Shown piece by piece: positions 26,236 through 40,531 of a DNA stretch of 64,000 nt. Origin of the DNA: Eledone cirrhosa (taxonomy: Eukaryota); assembly GCA_964016885.1 (NCBI GenBank), contig OZ024743.1, positions 159,216,001-159,280,000 of the forward strand, given 5' to 3'. The notes under the pieces were generated by a model that saw only the letters and a list, made by a program, of their open reading frames with translations, made no database searches and was not told the origin of the DNA. The stretch's first letter is position 1; the number at the start of each line of letters is the position of its first letter. The position numbers and the translations under genes were made by a program.

Positions 26236-29200
26236 TGACGCTACACAACTTCTTTTGCGACGGCCACCAGACAGAGGAAAACTGTCTACCCTTCCCTGCC
26301 GATAGAAGAAGGTGGCAAGACGATCTTCTCTATGGATTCGACCGATATCCGGATCCGTTCCACACACGACAACAGCTGTTCGACACAACTCGTGTAGAAC
26401 GGTTTCGTCGCTCTGCGAACATCTCAGGTAGGTTCGTCTGACAGTACTTCCGTGCCTATAGAGTTTAGCTCTAATCGGCAGTGCTCCCGGGTAGCACTGC
26501 CAACGAGGGATTTCTGGAATTTATTCATAGTTCCCGGCTCAAAGGTCCTCCGGAACAGCCTAGTTATTTCGTCTTGGTCGACGCCTAGAATCTCTCCGAG
26601 TGCGTCGTCCCAGTTGCGCACCATTAATTCTCCATATAACTCGAGAGTGGAAGTTTCACTGACTACATTGCCCGCCTTGTAGAGGGCAGTGCCGGCTTAG
26701 CAATATTCCAGATGCCTGGCACCCAGTCTCGGTCTCTTCCTGACCCAGGACTGCAGCTCATTCAAAGAGGCGAGGTGCGGAAATACCTTTCTGACAAGCG
26801 GTGACCCACCTTTTCACCGTTGAGGCAGAATGTCTGGAGATGCCGCACCCTCAGTGCAGGTTTGCGTGCCACAGCATGCCCAAACACCCGCATAGGGGTT
26901 GTTGACTGCCTCACCAACGGAATCTGTTTACTCTACAAGAAGTTGAAGAGGAGCTGCTCCAAATTGGCGTGGTGCAAATGTAGGCATAGCACAACGGTCC
27001 TGCAGTAGTAGATGACGGACGCGATGTACGCGTTGGCCACCTCCACCCAACCTTTTAGAGACAGCTTGCTCGCAGCCCATTTCTGGGTGAGAGTGGCTAC
27101 CTTGATCGTCACCTCGTCCCAGTTCTTATCCATCTGTAGGTCTGGTGTGAAAAAAACCACGAGCAACTTTACCGGTCCGTCCGTCCAGCGCCTGACGACG
27201 CTATTCGACGGCATGGACTCACCTCTCTAGGTACCGAACTGCAAGCCTATCGACTCTTCGGGTTTTAATTACCTCCCATGACCCTTGCATATTCCTCCAC
27301 ACTATCACGGTGACGTCATCCGCATAAACAAACACTGCTTTTCCGCTTCCCGGTTCGAGCGTGATGCCCTGCAACAGCTCCAGCTTCCGCAGTAGAGGTT
27401 CGACAGTCAATACATTTAGAAGCAGCAAGAGAGGGCATCCTTTACGGACCGATTGGAAGATCTGAAACGGTTCTGAATGGTGGCCATTAACTTTGACAAC
27501 TGAGCAGATGCCGCTGTGCTTTGAAGTGATCCAGCCTCTGAAGACGGGATCAAAGTTTTAAGGACAGCCTCCAGTTGTCGATGGTCGGCTCTATCGAAAG
27601 CTTTCGATTAATCTAAAGTTACCAGAACCCCACCGAAGTGAGCTTTACACCCTACCCTCTATACGATGTATCACATGAGGTAGAGGTTGTCATGTATGGA
27701 AATGGTCGGGCATACGCAAATTTGCGCCTCCCCTTTCAAATCCTCGACGACAAGCGCCCATCTCTTCGCTAACAACTTGGCCCAAATCATGAGCTCTGTG
27801 GTTAGTAGAGTTAAAGGCCTGAAATTATTTAGAACATTCCTCTTCTCGCCATTCCTCATCAGTGTCACTACGTCTCGCCTCACAGAAGTGCGAATACTCC
27901 CGTCCTGCTGCCAGTTACAGTAGAACGCTTCATTGAGATCGGAGAACAAGTTTAGAATGTCTACGTAAAGCTCGTAGGGATAACCATCCAAACCGGGTGA
28001 CTTGCGCCCTGTGCAGTCGACTATAGCATCCGGAATTTCAGCTGAAGTTATCGGCTTTTTGTAGCGCTCAGCATCGGCCGTCGAGGGACGTGGTAGGCCA
28101 CTGAGGTAAGGACGGAAGTCCATCACCGCCTCCGATCCGCCACTTCCCACAAACAGCCGAACAAAGGTTGGTGAAAGGCCTTACACATCTGCCTGGAATC
28201 TTTCAGATGGCAATCTTTAATGTTCGTCAAAGACCGAATTATGTGTTTATTACCACGTTGCGACCCGCCACACGGGCCTATAGGACAGCTTTAGTTCTTT
28301 TGTTTCTTAGAGCACGCGCCTTAGCTCTGACAATGCAACCTTCGCATTTTGCATTGGAAAGATGCTTTCGCTACTCTCGCCACTAGCACGTCAGTTACAA
28401 TGCCTTTGCATATACACTCGTCTAATATAGCTACAAGCCCCCACCCTCCTTGCTGTTTTTCTATACTGCTACTTCATTGTTAAACCCTATCGAAATTACT
28501 CTAATATCTCGTTCGAGATACACCGAACACCTGTTGTTCACCTGTCAACTTTTGCTTAAAGAAATTGTTGAACCGGTCCCTGTAAGCCTTACGTGCCGGA
28601 AACGGTATGTTCAGCTGCCAGTAACTAGTTCCTAACTTGCATGTCTTATCAAGGTCGGCCAAACAGATCACAAACTTATGATCTGAATAGGTGACGGTTT
28701 GAATGTGTGCACAACCTATAGCAATCTTATCAATTGACCTACTGAAAGACCCATCTATATACGATCTAGACGATCCTATGCGGTTGGTACAAGTCCATAC
28801 TGTCGCACTAGGGAAATTTAGTCGATACCTGCCAAAAAGTTGGAACTGCCTGATCAGGATTGTGCACCCCTCGCTCATATCAGATACTCCCACACAATCT
28901 CAGCGTGCGTCTAATACACCGTTCCAGTCCGATGCTAAAAATGAAGCGTGAGACGTTCCCAGAGGCGTAGCCGGCGATCAGTCTAAAGACACCAACTTTA
29001 CTATTTTTCACGTTTAGGATCACTAACTTACCGTCCAAGTCATGGAAGCTCGACCTTAACTCGAGATCTAGGCCTTTCCTAAACAGCACTGCCAACCCAC
29101 CTCTCATTCCCGGTGGACAAAGAGATGTGAAGATTTGATAGACGTCGAAAATGAGAGCTAGTTCGTGCGCTTAGGAAATCCTTGTCTCGCTGACAGCAAT

Positions 29201-30050
29201 TACATTCATTTTTGCGACCTGATATCGTTCAGCACAACCTCAGGCCACGAACATTTAAACATCCTAATCTAAGGATCACCATGTTGGCACGCTAAATAGA
29301 GGGGTAAGATTTACTTACTTCCCGGGGTTTGTGGAGGTCGGTTGGTTTGACCTCCATGATTGGTGGGGTGTTCGTTGGGAACCCCTTTAAAAGACTACTC
29401 CTGGGTTTCAGAGTAAGGGTCCGCACGTCATCGAGAAAGCTCTCCTTGAAGTTTTTGTAAGTGTTTATTGGCATCTACATCATCATCAGTATTTATTGGC
29501 ATCTACATCATCATCAGTATTTGAAAGTGCAGGTACCAAAAATCACCCCCTCTTTCTCAATGTTTGTCTCCCTTTTACAAGGGCCATAAGTTTTTTTGTT
29601 GGCCCTTCTTAGTAACACGAAGTTGGGTTTTGTGTTGTTGTTGGCGTCTGCGTATTTTCTTATGTCTGTGTTTGCTGTGAGTGTGTTTCACGTGCTTGTT
29701 GGTGTGTGTGTGGAGATGATTTTTCATATTGTTTTGTTTTTGTGCTATATTTTTTCATTTTGGGGTTTGGGGGGTTCCCCCCTCATTTTCACTTGGAGAT
29801 GTGGATGATCTGGTGCCTGGGGACTGTGTCAGAGAGGCATGCTTGTTTAGGTGACGCCCTGGATTGTTTTGATAATCCTTGTTGGTGTTGTTGTTACTGC
29901 TGTTGTTGCTGGAGGTCTTGTTTCCTTTGTGTTGCTGGTGTTGGCGATGGTGTTGTCTTTTGTTCCGGCACCGGTCTTGGCAGCAACAGAGGTTTGTGGC
30001 TCCCTGCAGTTTTCAGTTGGGGAAAAAGGCATCTGTGTGTTTTGAACTAC
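26236..30050 (-). mobile_element. Tx1/L1-clade LINE, near full length but disrupted (Thr-rich ORF1 piece, APE, RT)
   Basis: Minus-strand fragments: GGLAVLF, YSDHKFV, YWQLN (APE); KSPGLDGYPYELY, NFRPLTLL, KAFDR, EPLLRKL..YADDVT (RT); WAASKLSLKG. Confidence 0.87.
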
Positions 30051-30108
30051 GAATCAAAAATATATCACTATGTATTACAAAGATTGCAATTTGCACGCCC
30101 CCCTGCAT

Positions 30109-30147
<39 letters not shown>

Positions 30148-30271
30148 CAATATAAGTATAAGGAACAAGGATTCAGTGTTGCATCATAACATATAGTATT
30201 CTACTCTACTCTGCGCTAGTATCGAGTGCTCAACCGGCATACCGCCTACGGACGCATTTTCCATGCAACTA

Positions 30272-31107
<836 letters not shown>

Positions 31108-31559
31108 ATCGATAATCTGAAAAGATTGGGCAATTCCTCCCGGACATTACACAAACACATACAAACACACATTGGGACACACACACAGGGCTAATATAAT
31201 TTCTTTTCTTTCTATTTTTTTGTTTTATCAATTTATCACTTAAAAAACCAAATCCCAAATATGAATTAAAAAGTGAAAAGGCAAACAATTTATCATCGAC
31301 ATATATCGATATATCTATCCTTTTGACATTGTCTATCATTTGGGAAATGGCGTGTCGTTTGACAGAGAGTTGGTATTTATATCATTAAAGTGGAGTGCTC
31401 CACACGATTAGTGTTGGACATAGATATGATGTTGTAGCCAAATTTTCAAGTTACCTTTTACAAAATTGTTACAAAATTGGTTAAAGTTATAGTGGTGCGT
31501 AAGTATAAAGATGTGATGAGGGTATAAATACTATTAATATGAAAATAAATATTAAATAT

Positions 31560-34370
31560 ATACATATGTATTGGTTAAATCACAGAGGGTTAGAATAGGA
31601 AGAAAGAATATAATAATAAATGACAGATAAAAGATAAAATTAATAAATTAGAAATTAGGTGAAAGTTGAAGAGATACATGATAGGATACAAGGGAAGATA
31701 TGAAATAGCTTTGGGAGAGAGAGTGAAAGAAAGGTTAGGAGATTTATGATGTTGATTTAGTGATTAGTTGGTCTGTTGACAGTTAATAATAGTGGGTTGG
31801 TATGTAGTTATTATAATAGACTCCGGGTGGTTCAGCTTGAATTATGGGATTGTTGGATCGAATCATGTTGGTTTGAAATTTGCGAATTTAGTAGCTGCTT
31901 TGTGCCTACAGAAAATTGACCGTTCTATTTTGCTGTTAAGCAGCATTTTGTCATACTTTAACATATGGAACAGCTCCATATTGCAAAGTCCGCAGTGGGA
32001 CATTCCATTTCTGTAGGCCTTTGTTGTAATGGGGTTGATGTGGCTCCAGGGAGAGAGAGTGAAAGAAAGGTTAGGAGATTTATGAACTAGTAACTAGTCG
32101 GTCAGTTGACAGCTAATAACAGTGTGATGGTATGTATTCCGTACATTAAAATCTGGGTGGTTCAGCTCAAATTTTGAGATTGCTGGGTCGAATCATGTTG
32201 GTTTGAAATTTGTGAATTTGGTAGCTACTTTGTGCCTACAGAAAATTGATCTTTCTATTTTGCTGTTAAGCAGCATCTTATCGTACTTTAAAACATGGAA
32301 TCGCTCCATATTGCAAAGTCCGCATTCCATTGTTGTAGGTCCTTGTTCCCGATAATTTCGACCAGTTAATCCTGTATTCTTGGTTTATCGTTAAGCTGCC
32401 AGATTTTATTAGCCAGCGTTGTTGTGTTCTCTAGTCTACGGTTCTTCATAGAGTGTCTGTGAACATACCATCTTGTTTTGAATTCCCCAGCCGTAGTGCC
32501 ATGCTAAGTTGCCCAAATTGATAGTACACAGGTACACTATATTTGATTCCAGGTATCTATTTTGTAGTGGGCACATATCCGGTAAGTGACAGTTACATTT
32601 GGAGGCCTTCCTGTGTGCAGGTTCTCCGTTGCGGTTTTGTATGTTGTTACGTATGGGTTGAGATTTAGGTTTGTTGATGCTTTGTTGCTATGCGTTCTAA
32701 CGTGTGTGTAGTTGTGATGTTGTAATGTGTTTGTGTTTTGTATTTGGTGTTATGGTGTGTGTTTGTAGGAGGTTCTTACATAGTTAATTTTATGTGTTTC
32801 TATGTTAGCTGCAGTAGAGTAAGATAGTTTGATAGTTTTTCTGTTAAATATGTTATGATATTTGTGTACTTTAGGGAAGTGCTTGTCAATTAATTTAAAG
32901 AATACAGAAGATAGTTTGTTTTTTATAGAGGAGTTGATTATTGGATTGAGCCATAATTATTTCCTATCTCTGGATTTTCTATAGTTCCTAGGGGTCCGTA
33001 TATTAGTATTCGGTTCAGTTATTTCTGGTGCTCGTTGTCTATTTCTATGTTTAATCCTATATTTGATATTTCTATAGGTGTGGGTAGTGTAGCTGTCGTT
33101 AGGTTTGTTGTTGCTGTCTCTATCTGGTATGTATTTGAGCCACTCCTTATGTTCTGTCTTAAGTAAGGCTATGTTATAGTAATTCACGTGTTCATTAAAA
33201 GTCTCTAGGTTAGAAGATAAGCGTGATATTCTGAGGGATATACTATGTGCTTTGGAGTTAATTATGGAGTGAGGGTGGTTTGAATTATAACTAATGTAGG
33301 CTAGATTTTCGTTATTTTTATGGAAGGGCTCTATTAGTTCTGTGTTTAGGTTGAGTGTTACATCTATGAAGTTAGCTTTTTTAGAGTTAAGTTCGAAAGT
33401 GATGCTTAAGCCTAGTTCATTGAAGAAGATTCTGATGGTTTTTCGTAATCTTTCCAAGATCTTGGTTATTTAAGTTTTTAGCTAAAAGGAGTGTATCGTT
33501 TCTATAAATTCCTCCTTGTAGGTTACTAAATTCCTTATGTAGGTTATGCGCTATATATATTCCAAGTAACTATTATCGAACCTAATGATAGTTATCCTAG
33601 CAGCTAGTATTATTGTAATTTCATCAGAGGATAGGTCCGAGTTTTTCTGTGCAAAGGCTAGTGCCTTATTCAGGGTGACCGGCGAAATAGAGGAGTAGTA
33701 GTCATTGATCTCAAACTGTATGAAGTTGGATGTTTCCTTATTGTCTATGTAGCTAAACCAATCTATTGCTTTGTTAGTGTTACCCCATAGCTTAATTATT
33801 AGTTTGTCTTTAATTTGTGGTATTGTTCTGTCTAGTATATACTTGCTAATTCTACCTATATCCGATTTCGATGGGCATATTAATCTAATAGTGGGGTCAG
33901 TTTCGAAGTTACTTTTATGATCTTTTAGATTAAATGTGGGGTTACAAGGGGTTAGAGGCTCGGTTCTATCAGATATTTTCAGTTTTTTTACTATGCTAAG
34001 TCCATCATTATTAATGCTAATGAGTGTAGATTTCCTGTTTTTTTGTGTAATTCACGGCGTATAAAATTATTGTATGTGTTAAGGTCATGGTGTATACGTT
34101 TGATGTTTTGTCCGCTTTTACTATAATACCGTTGTTGTTACGTAGTTTTTTTAAGTAGTGCATTGATGTCGTTTTGCAGTTTGTTGTAACTTGTCCGGTT
34201 TTTGAATTTGGTTCCGTTTTTCACGTATATGTTTTTAAACTTATTTTTTATGATCTTCATTCTATCTTCATTCTATCTTCTTTATTATTATTTTTTCTTT
34301 TCCTTTCTTTATTATTGATGTTGTTATTTGAATTATCCGTGTATAAATACAAACATCGTGTGTAAATTCA
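31560..34370 (-). mobile_element. Penelope-like element, near full length, decayed (RT plus C-terminal GIY-YIG; Naiad-like)
   Basis: Minus strand: FNLKDHKSNF..IRLICPSKSDIGRISKYILD..WF..FIQFEINDYYSSI (RT); ANFIDVTLNL..PFHK..YISYNSNHP; CNCHLPDMCPL..NIVYLC..GTTAGEFKTRW; CGLCNME..LLN..CRHK. Clade assignment is from recalled motifs. Confidence 0.88.
31712..32345 (-). repeat. Tandem partial pseudo-LTR duplication (~340 and ~295 bp) overlapping the endonuclease C-terminus
   Basis: Both copies start gggagagagagtgaaagaaaggttaggagatttatga (31712 and 32050) and align through gcaaagtccgca. Confidence 0.9.
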
Positions 34371-34706
34371 GTTATTCCGATGATTTTATTAGGCATACAT
34401 TGTATCTAAGGTCGAGTGACACAACTTCAAGGTATGTCTAAAGACATACCTAATCAATGAAACACTTGTTAATACTGTAAATAAAACACTCTTTGTACAG
34501 ATGACCATGTTATTCTTCACTCTTTCACTATTATTACTCCAAGAATGACCTGCATAGGAATTCTCGCGAACTCGCTACCTAACCAAGCAAACATTTTGTT
34601 GAGTCAAACAACGCAGTACGTTAAAACTATCCACAATACAGAGTACTCACAACCTCTAACCGGATTACCTATAACGATAATTTGTTATACCATATATATA
34701 TATATA

Positions 34707-35828
34707 AATTAATAATAATAATAGGGTTATAGTATCGTAAGAGAGGATAGAAAGGAGAGATATAAAGAGGTGCGATACAGAATATTACATGCCAAAAGGA
34801 GATGCGTAGTGTGCTCAATGCTTGTGTTATCAGGGTTAAATATTACAGAAAGTTAATATTTAGTGTAAACATTAAGCAGAGCTTGAATAAGCAAAACAGT
34901 GAGTGAATGAAATAGTTACAAGCCGTTAACACTGACTCCAACATTAGCTACACCACACAATGGGAAATTGTGAACCAATCAATACCTTATAATTTCAAAA
35001 AAAGCTGCCAGCTCTGCCTAATGGAGCTGTATTATATAGTGCAAGCACCCCAGGAACTCATAAATAGTCGGGCCAAAACAGTCATCAATTGCAGCCTCCG
35101 ACTACAACAATCATTCTACAGATGGACCCCAGCAACCGAATAACCACAATAATACCCGAGGCTCTCAACACCGCACCCTGGCCTGACCCGCCATGGTAGT
35201 TTTACCATTATACAGCGTGGAATAACTCCATCATCTACCCACTGTTTTCCCACCAGGAAGCTGCACAGCACCTATTCAGTCGGGCACTCCCCCCTATATT
35301 CTTCCTCTTGCCTATATTCTGCCTGAACCCGAGTAACTTGTTAGATGAATTGATCATATGAACATACAACTTTGATCCAAATTGGCATTATTTTTCTAGG
35401 ACTTCAAATTCGCACCCAACGTGCCCATATGCATTAGCTATACCTGTGTGCAGTCTTTCATATTCACACCTAAACACGGCATCATTTATACTGAGTTGAC
35501 CAACCCCACATATGTTAATTCCTTTTAAATAAAAAAAATGTTTTTACCAATAGCTGGTATTGGTCATAAGTATTGCAGTAAACTTTCTACAGGCACCGGT
35601 AATTACCCTCCTTAGCAAATTATATCCCTTTAAGTGGTGTTTATACCCATAACATCTAAAATCGCAATGCATAGCGTTGTGATATTATTATACCCTCTCA
35701 GGGCTTTGTAATTAAGGACTTTGCTATATGAATATCTGCTTCCGAAGAGCCCCCCTCGGCGAAACTCGTGTAAGAGCTATATAAAGATATGTTTTAACGG
35801 CTTGTAACTCTTTCATTCACTCATTCTT

Positions 35829-35832
<4 letters not shown>
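34707..35832. mobile_element. Old PLE-derived insert between (TA)n tracts
   Basis: Minus-strand relic ICGVGQLSINDAVFRCEY..YGHVGCEFE at ~35340-35520 is weakly GIY-YIG-like. HHR near the right end. Confidence 0.5.
35738..35777 (+). ncRNA. Minimal type I hammerhead motif, U4C variant
   Basis: gctt CCGAAGA gcc-cccctc-ggc GAAA ctcgtg TA agagc. Confidence 0.68.
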
Positions 35833-35900
<68 letters not shown>

Positions 35901-35955
35901 CAGTAAAATACCAGGAGGCCAGTCTGGTGAAACTCCTTCAAAGATTTATCATAGC

Positions 35956-36017
35956 AAACATTATGTACCTTTCAGTGACCAAGTTCCGTAAGATCCTGGT
36001 GACATCATCAAGTGTTT
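35956..36017 (-). ncRNA. Decayed hammerhead motif
   Basis: Minus strand: aaacac TTGATGA tgtcaccagg-11nt-cttggtcact GAAA ggtaca TA atgttt. Confidence 0.55.
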
Positions 36018-36034
36018 ATTGCATAAAAAGTATA

Positions 36035-36135
36035 TAATTGTTTCTACTTTTGGAACAAGGCCAGCAATTACCCAGTGCATTACTGATACTTCATTTCATC
36101 GACCCGTGAGGATGAAAGGTAAAGTTAACCTCGGC
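36035..36135 (-). mobile_element. SINE 3' half
   Basis: Reverse complement of the 5414 copy tail and body. Confidence 0.85.
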
Positions 36136-36679
36136 AAGAATGGCAAGGACCGTAACTCTTGCATAAAATATAATAAAGGAATAATGGCAAACACAATCCA
36201 AGAGGCTAAAAAAACAGAGTATAATGTTCTCGACTCTAAGGCAGCCAAGGCCACTTGTTGTCAGTTTGGCTGACCACCTTCGAGTGGGGATTCTCATCAA
36301 TTTCGTCTTGCCGGTTTGGTTAGGGGCTGTATGCTTAGTATGCATACTACTAATAATTAACTCCGTTCTCGCACCAACAACAAGATTCAACATCGAAAAT
36401 GGATGAGTTGCTCAACATCGAGTGCTTTTCCTAATATTATATCATGGTTGACTATACGGAATGACCAGCTCTATTCAGTGGTGAACCACCAAACCTAAAT
36501 GAATAATGGTCCTTGTACTGTTGAGCGCTTTGTGATGACATGGAGAACAGGGACCGTGGCACCAGCATGCAACTATTGCCACCATCGGACTTACTATACC
36601 CCATTCTGATATTACCGGCAGTAAATAGGTCTACCTCACTACTCGGACCACACCTTGCTACACATCCCCTATCTGGAAC

Positions 36680-39600
36680 ATTCAAACTCCGTTGGAATTC
36701 CAGATGCTGATTTACACCTCAATCCACATATAGGGCACATGACAGGAATTTGAGCGAAGCAGGATGAAACGTTTGATCGAAACTTGGTGTTAGATCTTAG
36801 ATCTCGAAAATGGACCAAACGAGATTTTGGAAAGTTGTTTATGCCAGCATAGTTGACATTTTCCACAGTAAGCAGCTGGGGCTTCAACAGAAGTAAGAGG
36901 TGTGTTCGCAGATGTAAGATTGTACTTCAGTTCGCAGATGCTTCTTTATATGTGAGCTTGCACCATTATGAAATTGACTGTATAGTAGTATTTTGTGTGT
37001 GTGGTCCTCATTCATCCATATGATATGATCAGCGCATGACTCAATCCCACTGATGTTGCACCTCAAGATTAGATCAGCATTGGAAACTCTGTCAGAAAGT
37101 GCATAGCCACAGATAGAGCAACGACAATATCTATAAATGTGATTGCGATAACGTGTCCGTGACTTCGAGCCGTATAAAAGTGTTGTCTGTCCTACTGCAC
37201 GATAACCTTCAACTTTCGTTTCCAGGGATATACCTCTGATAACCCATAGAAGATGACATAGTTTGTCAAAGGCATCAGATACTTTACAGATCCGATTGAC
37301 GATCTCATCAACCAGAGATGCAGAGGAATTCACCTTGCTGCCTAAGTAAGTGAGTTCACGTACTTCAGATCCTGTCTGTCAATAGTGAGAGGAACACGGG
37401 AATGTCCGTGTCCAGGCTGTCCCTGTTAAACATCTTTTAATTGTCGGTGGGGGCAGGGTTGGCTTTGGTTGATGTACCACCTCAATTTTCTTAATGCTGA
37501 TTATGAAACCAAACACCTTACATGCAAGCGAGAAGTGGTTAATCAATTATTGTGCCTCTTCACGGGATGTTGCTGCAAGTATAACATCATCAGCATACAG
37601 TAAATCAATAATAACACTTGTTTGTATAAGTGCTTTAGCCTTAATGGGCTGATAGTTGAATAACCCGACATTATGTACTGCCTGGATATCATCAACAAGT
37701 TTTGATATGATTCTGATGAAAATGACATGGGCAAGTACCTTACCAGCAATACAAGTAAGAGAGTTTTCACATATAGATTTTGTACCTTTGTTTTTAAAGA
37801 AATGGGTTACAAACACATTTCTGAAGTCTTGAGGGACATGTTCAACCTTCTAGATTAAGAGAAGAAACCGAAGAAGCTTACATATCATGTAGGATGCCAT
37901 ATTTATCAGAAAATGTATTAGGTGGAAATTGCTTGATAACGGCTTGTACTTCATTTAAATATAGATTGAATGTTAATCCAGGTATCTCAGCCTTTGTGAA
38001 ACAGATGATATTAAATCTTCATCAAAGTTTGACACAGCATATAGGTCCTTTTCAAAGTGTTCCTTCCATCGAGAGATTATCTCACCTTGTCTGTGCATAG
38101 GGCTGTGTAATCAAGGGTGAGACCTGTATTTGACCTGTTCTCTCTAGGATCATTCACCACCTTTGCACCATTATAAAAATAACTATTATCTTTGTTTATC
38201 GGCAGCTTGTGGTTTAGCTGATTTAGCTGGCTACAAGGTATCCTACATCTTTCTGGGTGAGTACTGTGCTTGATGCTCACAATCTTCATAGGCTTTCTTT
38301 TTATAGTTGATGTTTTATCTCCAATCCAAAGCCTGTGTAGGTTATGCAGATAGCTGATAAGTTTCTGAACATCTGAGTTGCTTTCATCAAACCAGTCGTA
38401 GTGTTTTCTCTTAGAAAATCCTTATAATTTTACGGAGGCTGCATAGGTGACATCTTTCAGTGGTTTCCAAGAATCCGCAAATCACCAGAAATCTGGACAG
38501 AATCGGAGGATGAGTGAGGTTTTGCAGAAAACTCCAGCTTCCTATCAGTGGATCGCAAAGAGCTCACCAATTTGGAGTGAAATAGGGAGATTTTGAAGAC
38601 GTCTTTTTCTTGGGGACATTGAGTGAAACCTTTCTGCGCAGCAGTCCGATTTCCAAGAGATAGCAACAAGAGTGAAAAGGGAGCGTGATTTTGAAATATT
38701 TTAGGTCACACCTGTTTGTGAAAGCATAATCAATCATTGAAAAAAGCTATTAGTGAGGCTAAGATCACATTTCTTGCAGAGTGGATGCAGCCTAAGGCTA
38801 TTTGAGTTCATAGCGCCGACTCCATTGAACCCAAGGATGTCAAGCCATGTTTGATTGTCATTTTTAACTCTAGCATTGGAATTTTCCATACGATGATGCT
38901 GTTCTTTTATGGAACAGTGGGAAGAATCTCTGTGCGAAGCTGATCATAGGATGTTTCTATATCCTGCTCAGATCAATAGAGAGTTGGCTATATCTTGCTA
39001 TATCTTGAAAAAGAGTAATGATACGATCACTGACACCAGGAATGTTAGTGATTTAGCATTAGATCTAATGATGAATACAACACTAAATTCACGATGATTC
39101 GGACCAGAAGCCGTCTACCCTTTACCCACATCTGACATTTGGAAAGTGCCTGGCAGTCGGATTTAACTTATGACACAGGTGTCGATATTATTTCTATTGA
39201 GTGCATTTAAGATAAGGGCTGATCTTCATTCCAGATCTGAATTCCTGTCCCAGTGTGTTCTAAAATTCCATGAACTAAATCTTAAATTCTTTGTTTTGTT
39301 TCAACCACATATTTTCATAACCAGAGAGCCGCGGTTAACTGTCAAGTTTAATGATTGAGCAACTATTTGTTTAGGGCTCCTTTTACCGCCCCCTCTCTGT
39401 GTAGGGAAATCAGTTCCATGTCTAAAAGGACTCTCCTTGTCACCATCAGAGGACACGAACAGCCAAACTTATTAATATTTTGCACACTAATGGCCATCCC
39501 CTAATGATAACCACTGTGTAAAGCTCCAGTTAAGAATTCCTGTGATACTCTTTAATACTTGGGGTATCACACAGACAAAACTGGTAGAGCTGTTCGGATA

Positions 39601-39870
39601 CCCACACACATGCATTGTTTGTAGTGGTGATGGCTTCTGTTGAATCAGCGACACTCTTTGGAAATGTTGATAACAAAGTAAACAACAGTTTAACAGGGAC
39701 CCACTTAACAATACACACCATGTATTGGATGGCTGTTGACTCTAAAGAACCCTTCCACCCTTTGACGGGTTTTGTGTTTTATCTCGCAGTTTGTCCCAAA
39801 ATCACCTTCCTCCCCGACCATGTGACATGTTGTACCGGGCTACATGCTATCAGTACCACTCATGAGCGAC
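36680..39870 (-). mobile_element. RTE-clade LINE, near full length, decayed
   Basis: Minus strand: GC-richer 5' UTR, then LRFSSWNFRT (APE start), DLLYADDVIL, TYLGS, DEIVNRICKVSDAF..GISLETK..TLLYGS, and C-terminal CPICGLRCKSASG finger. Confidence 0.85.
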
Positions 39871-40456
39871 CTGACATATATGTATGTATGTCTGTATGTA
39901 TGTATCTATGTATGTATGTAAGTAAGTAAGTATGTATGTATGTATGTATAAAGAGACATAAATACACACACCATCACAGATATATATAGGTTGCGAAATT
40001 CATGAGAGAATACAATTTCGTAATTGGCAAACGTTTACGGTACTGTTTAATGTACGGAAAGTTTTACGATCTGGTGTCATGACACAACAAGAAGAATGCT
40101 GCTTTGTAAACAATAAGCTGGATGAATGTAACACACGAACTCAATGAAAATAAAAGCATTGTCGTTAGGAAAATACATTCGTTATTCTTAATATTACAGA
40201 TTATGATGGAAACAAACACGAAGGAGAGAAAAAAGCGAAACTAAAAGAACAACGTTTATCTGGTCTCAAACTTACACTCAAACATTCGGATATAGTAGAA
40301 ACTAAAACACATCAACTTAACATACAAGATAGAACAAATCAATAAACACATATATGTATATGTACACACTCATTTGAAGCTGTAAATTCACACGATTTTC
40401 GCTGGACATTTATAAACTGCCCACGTAGACACACTCAAACATACATGCACACACAC

Positions 40457-40531
<75 letters not shown>

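Noticed and set aside
31700-32620. Selenoprotein-type PLE (UGA at Cys positions, SECIS)
   Set aside because: Readable Cys positions use TGT/TGC and no SECIS was recognisable by eye.
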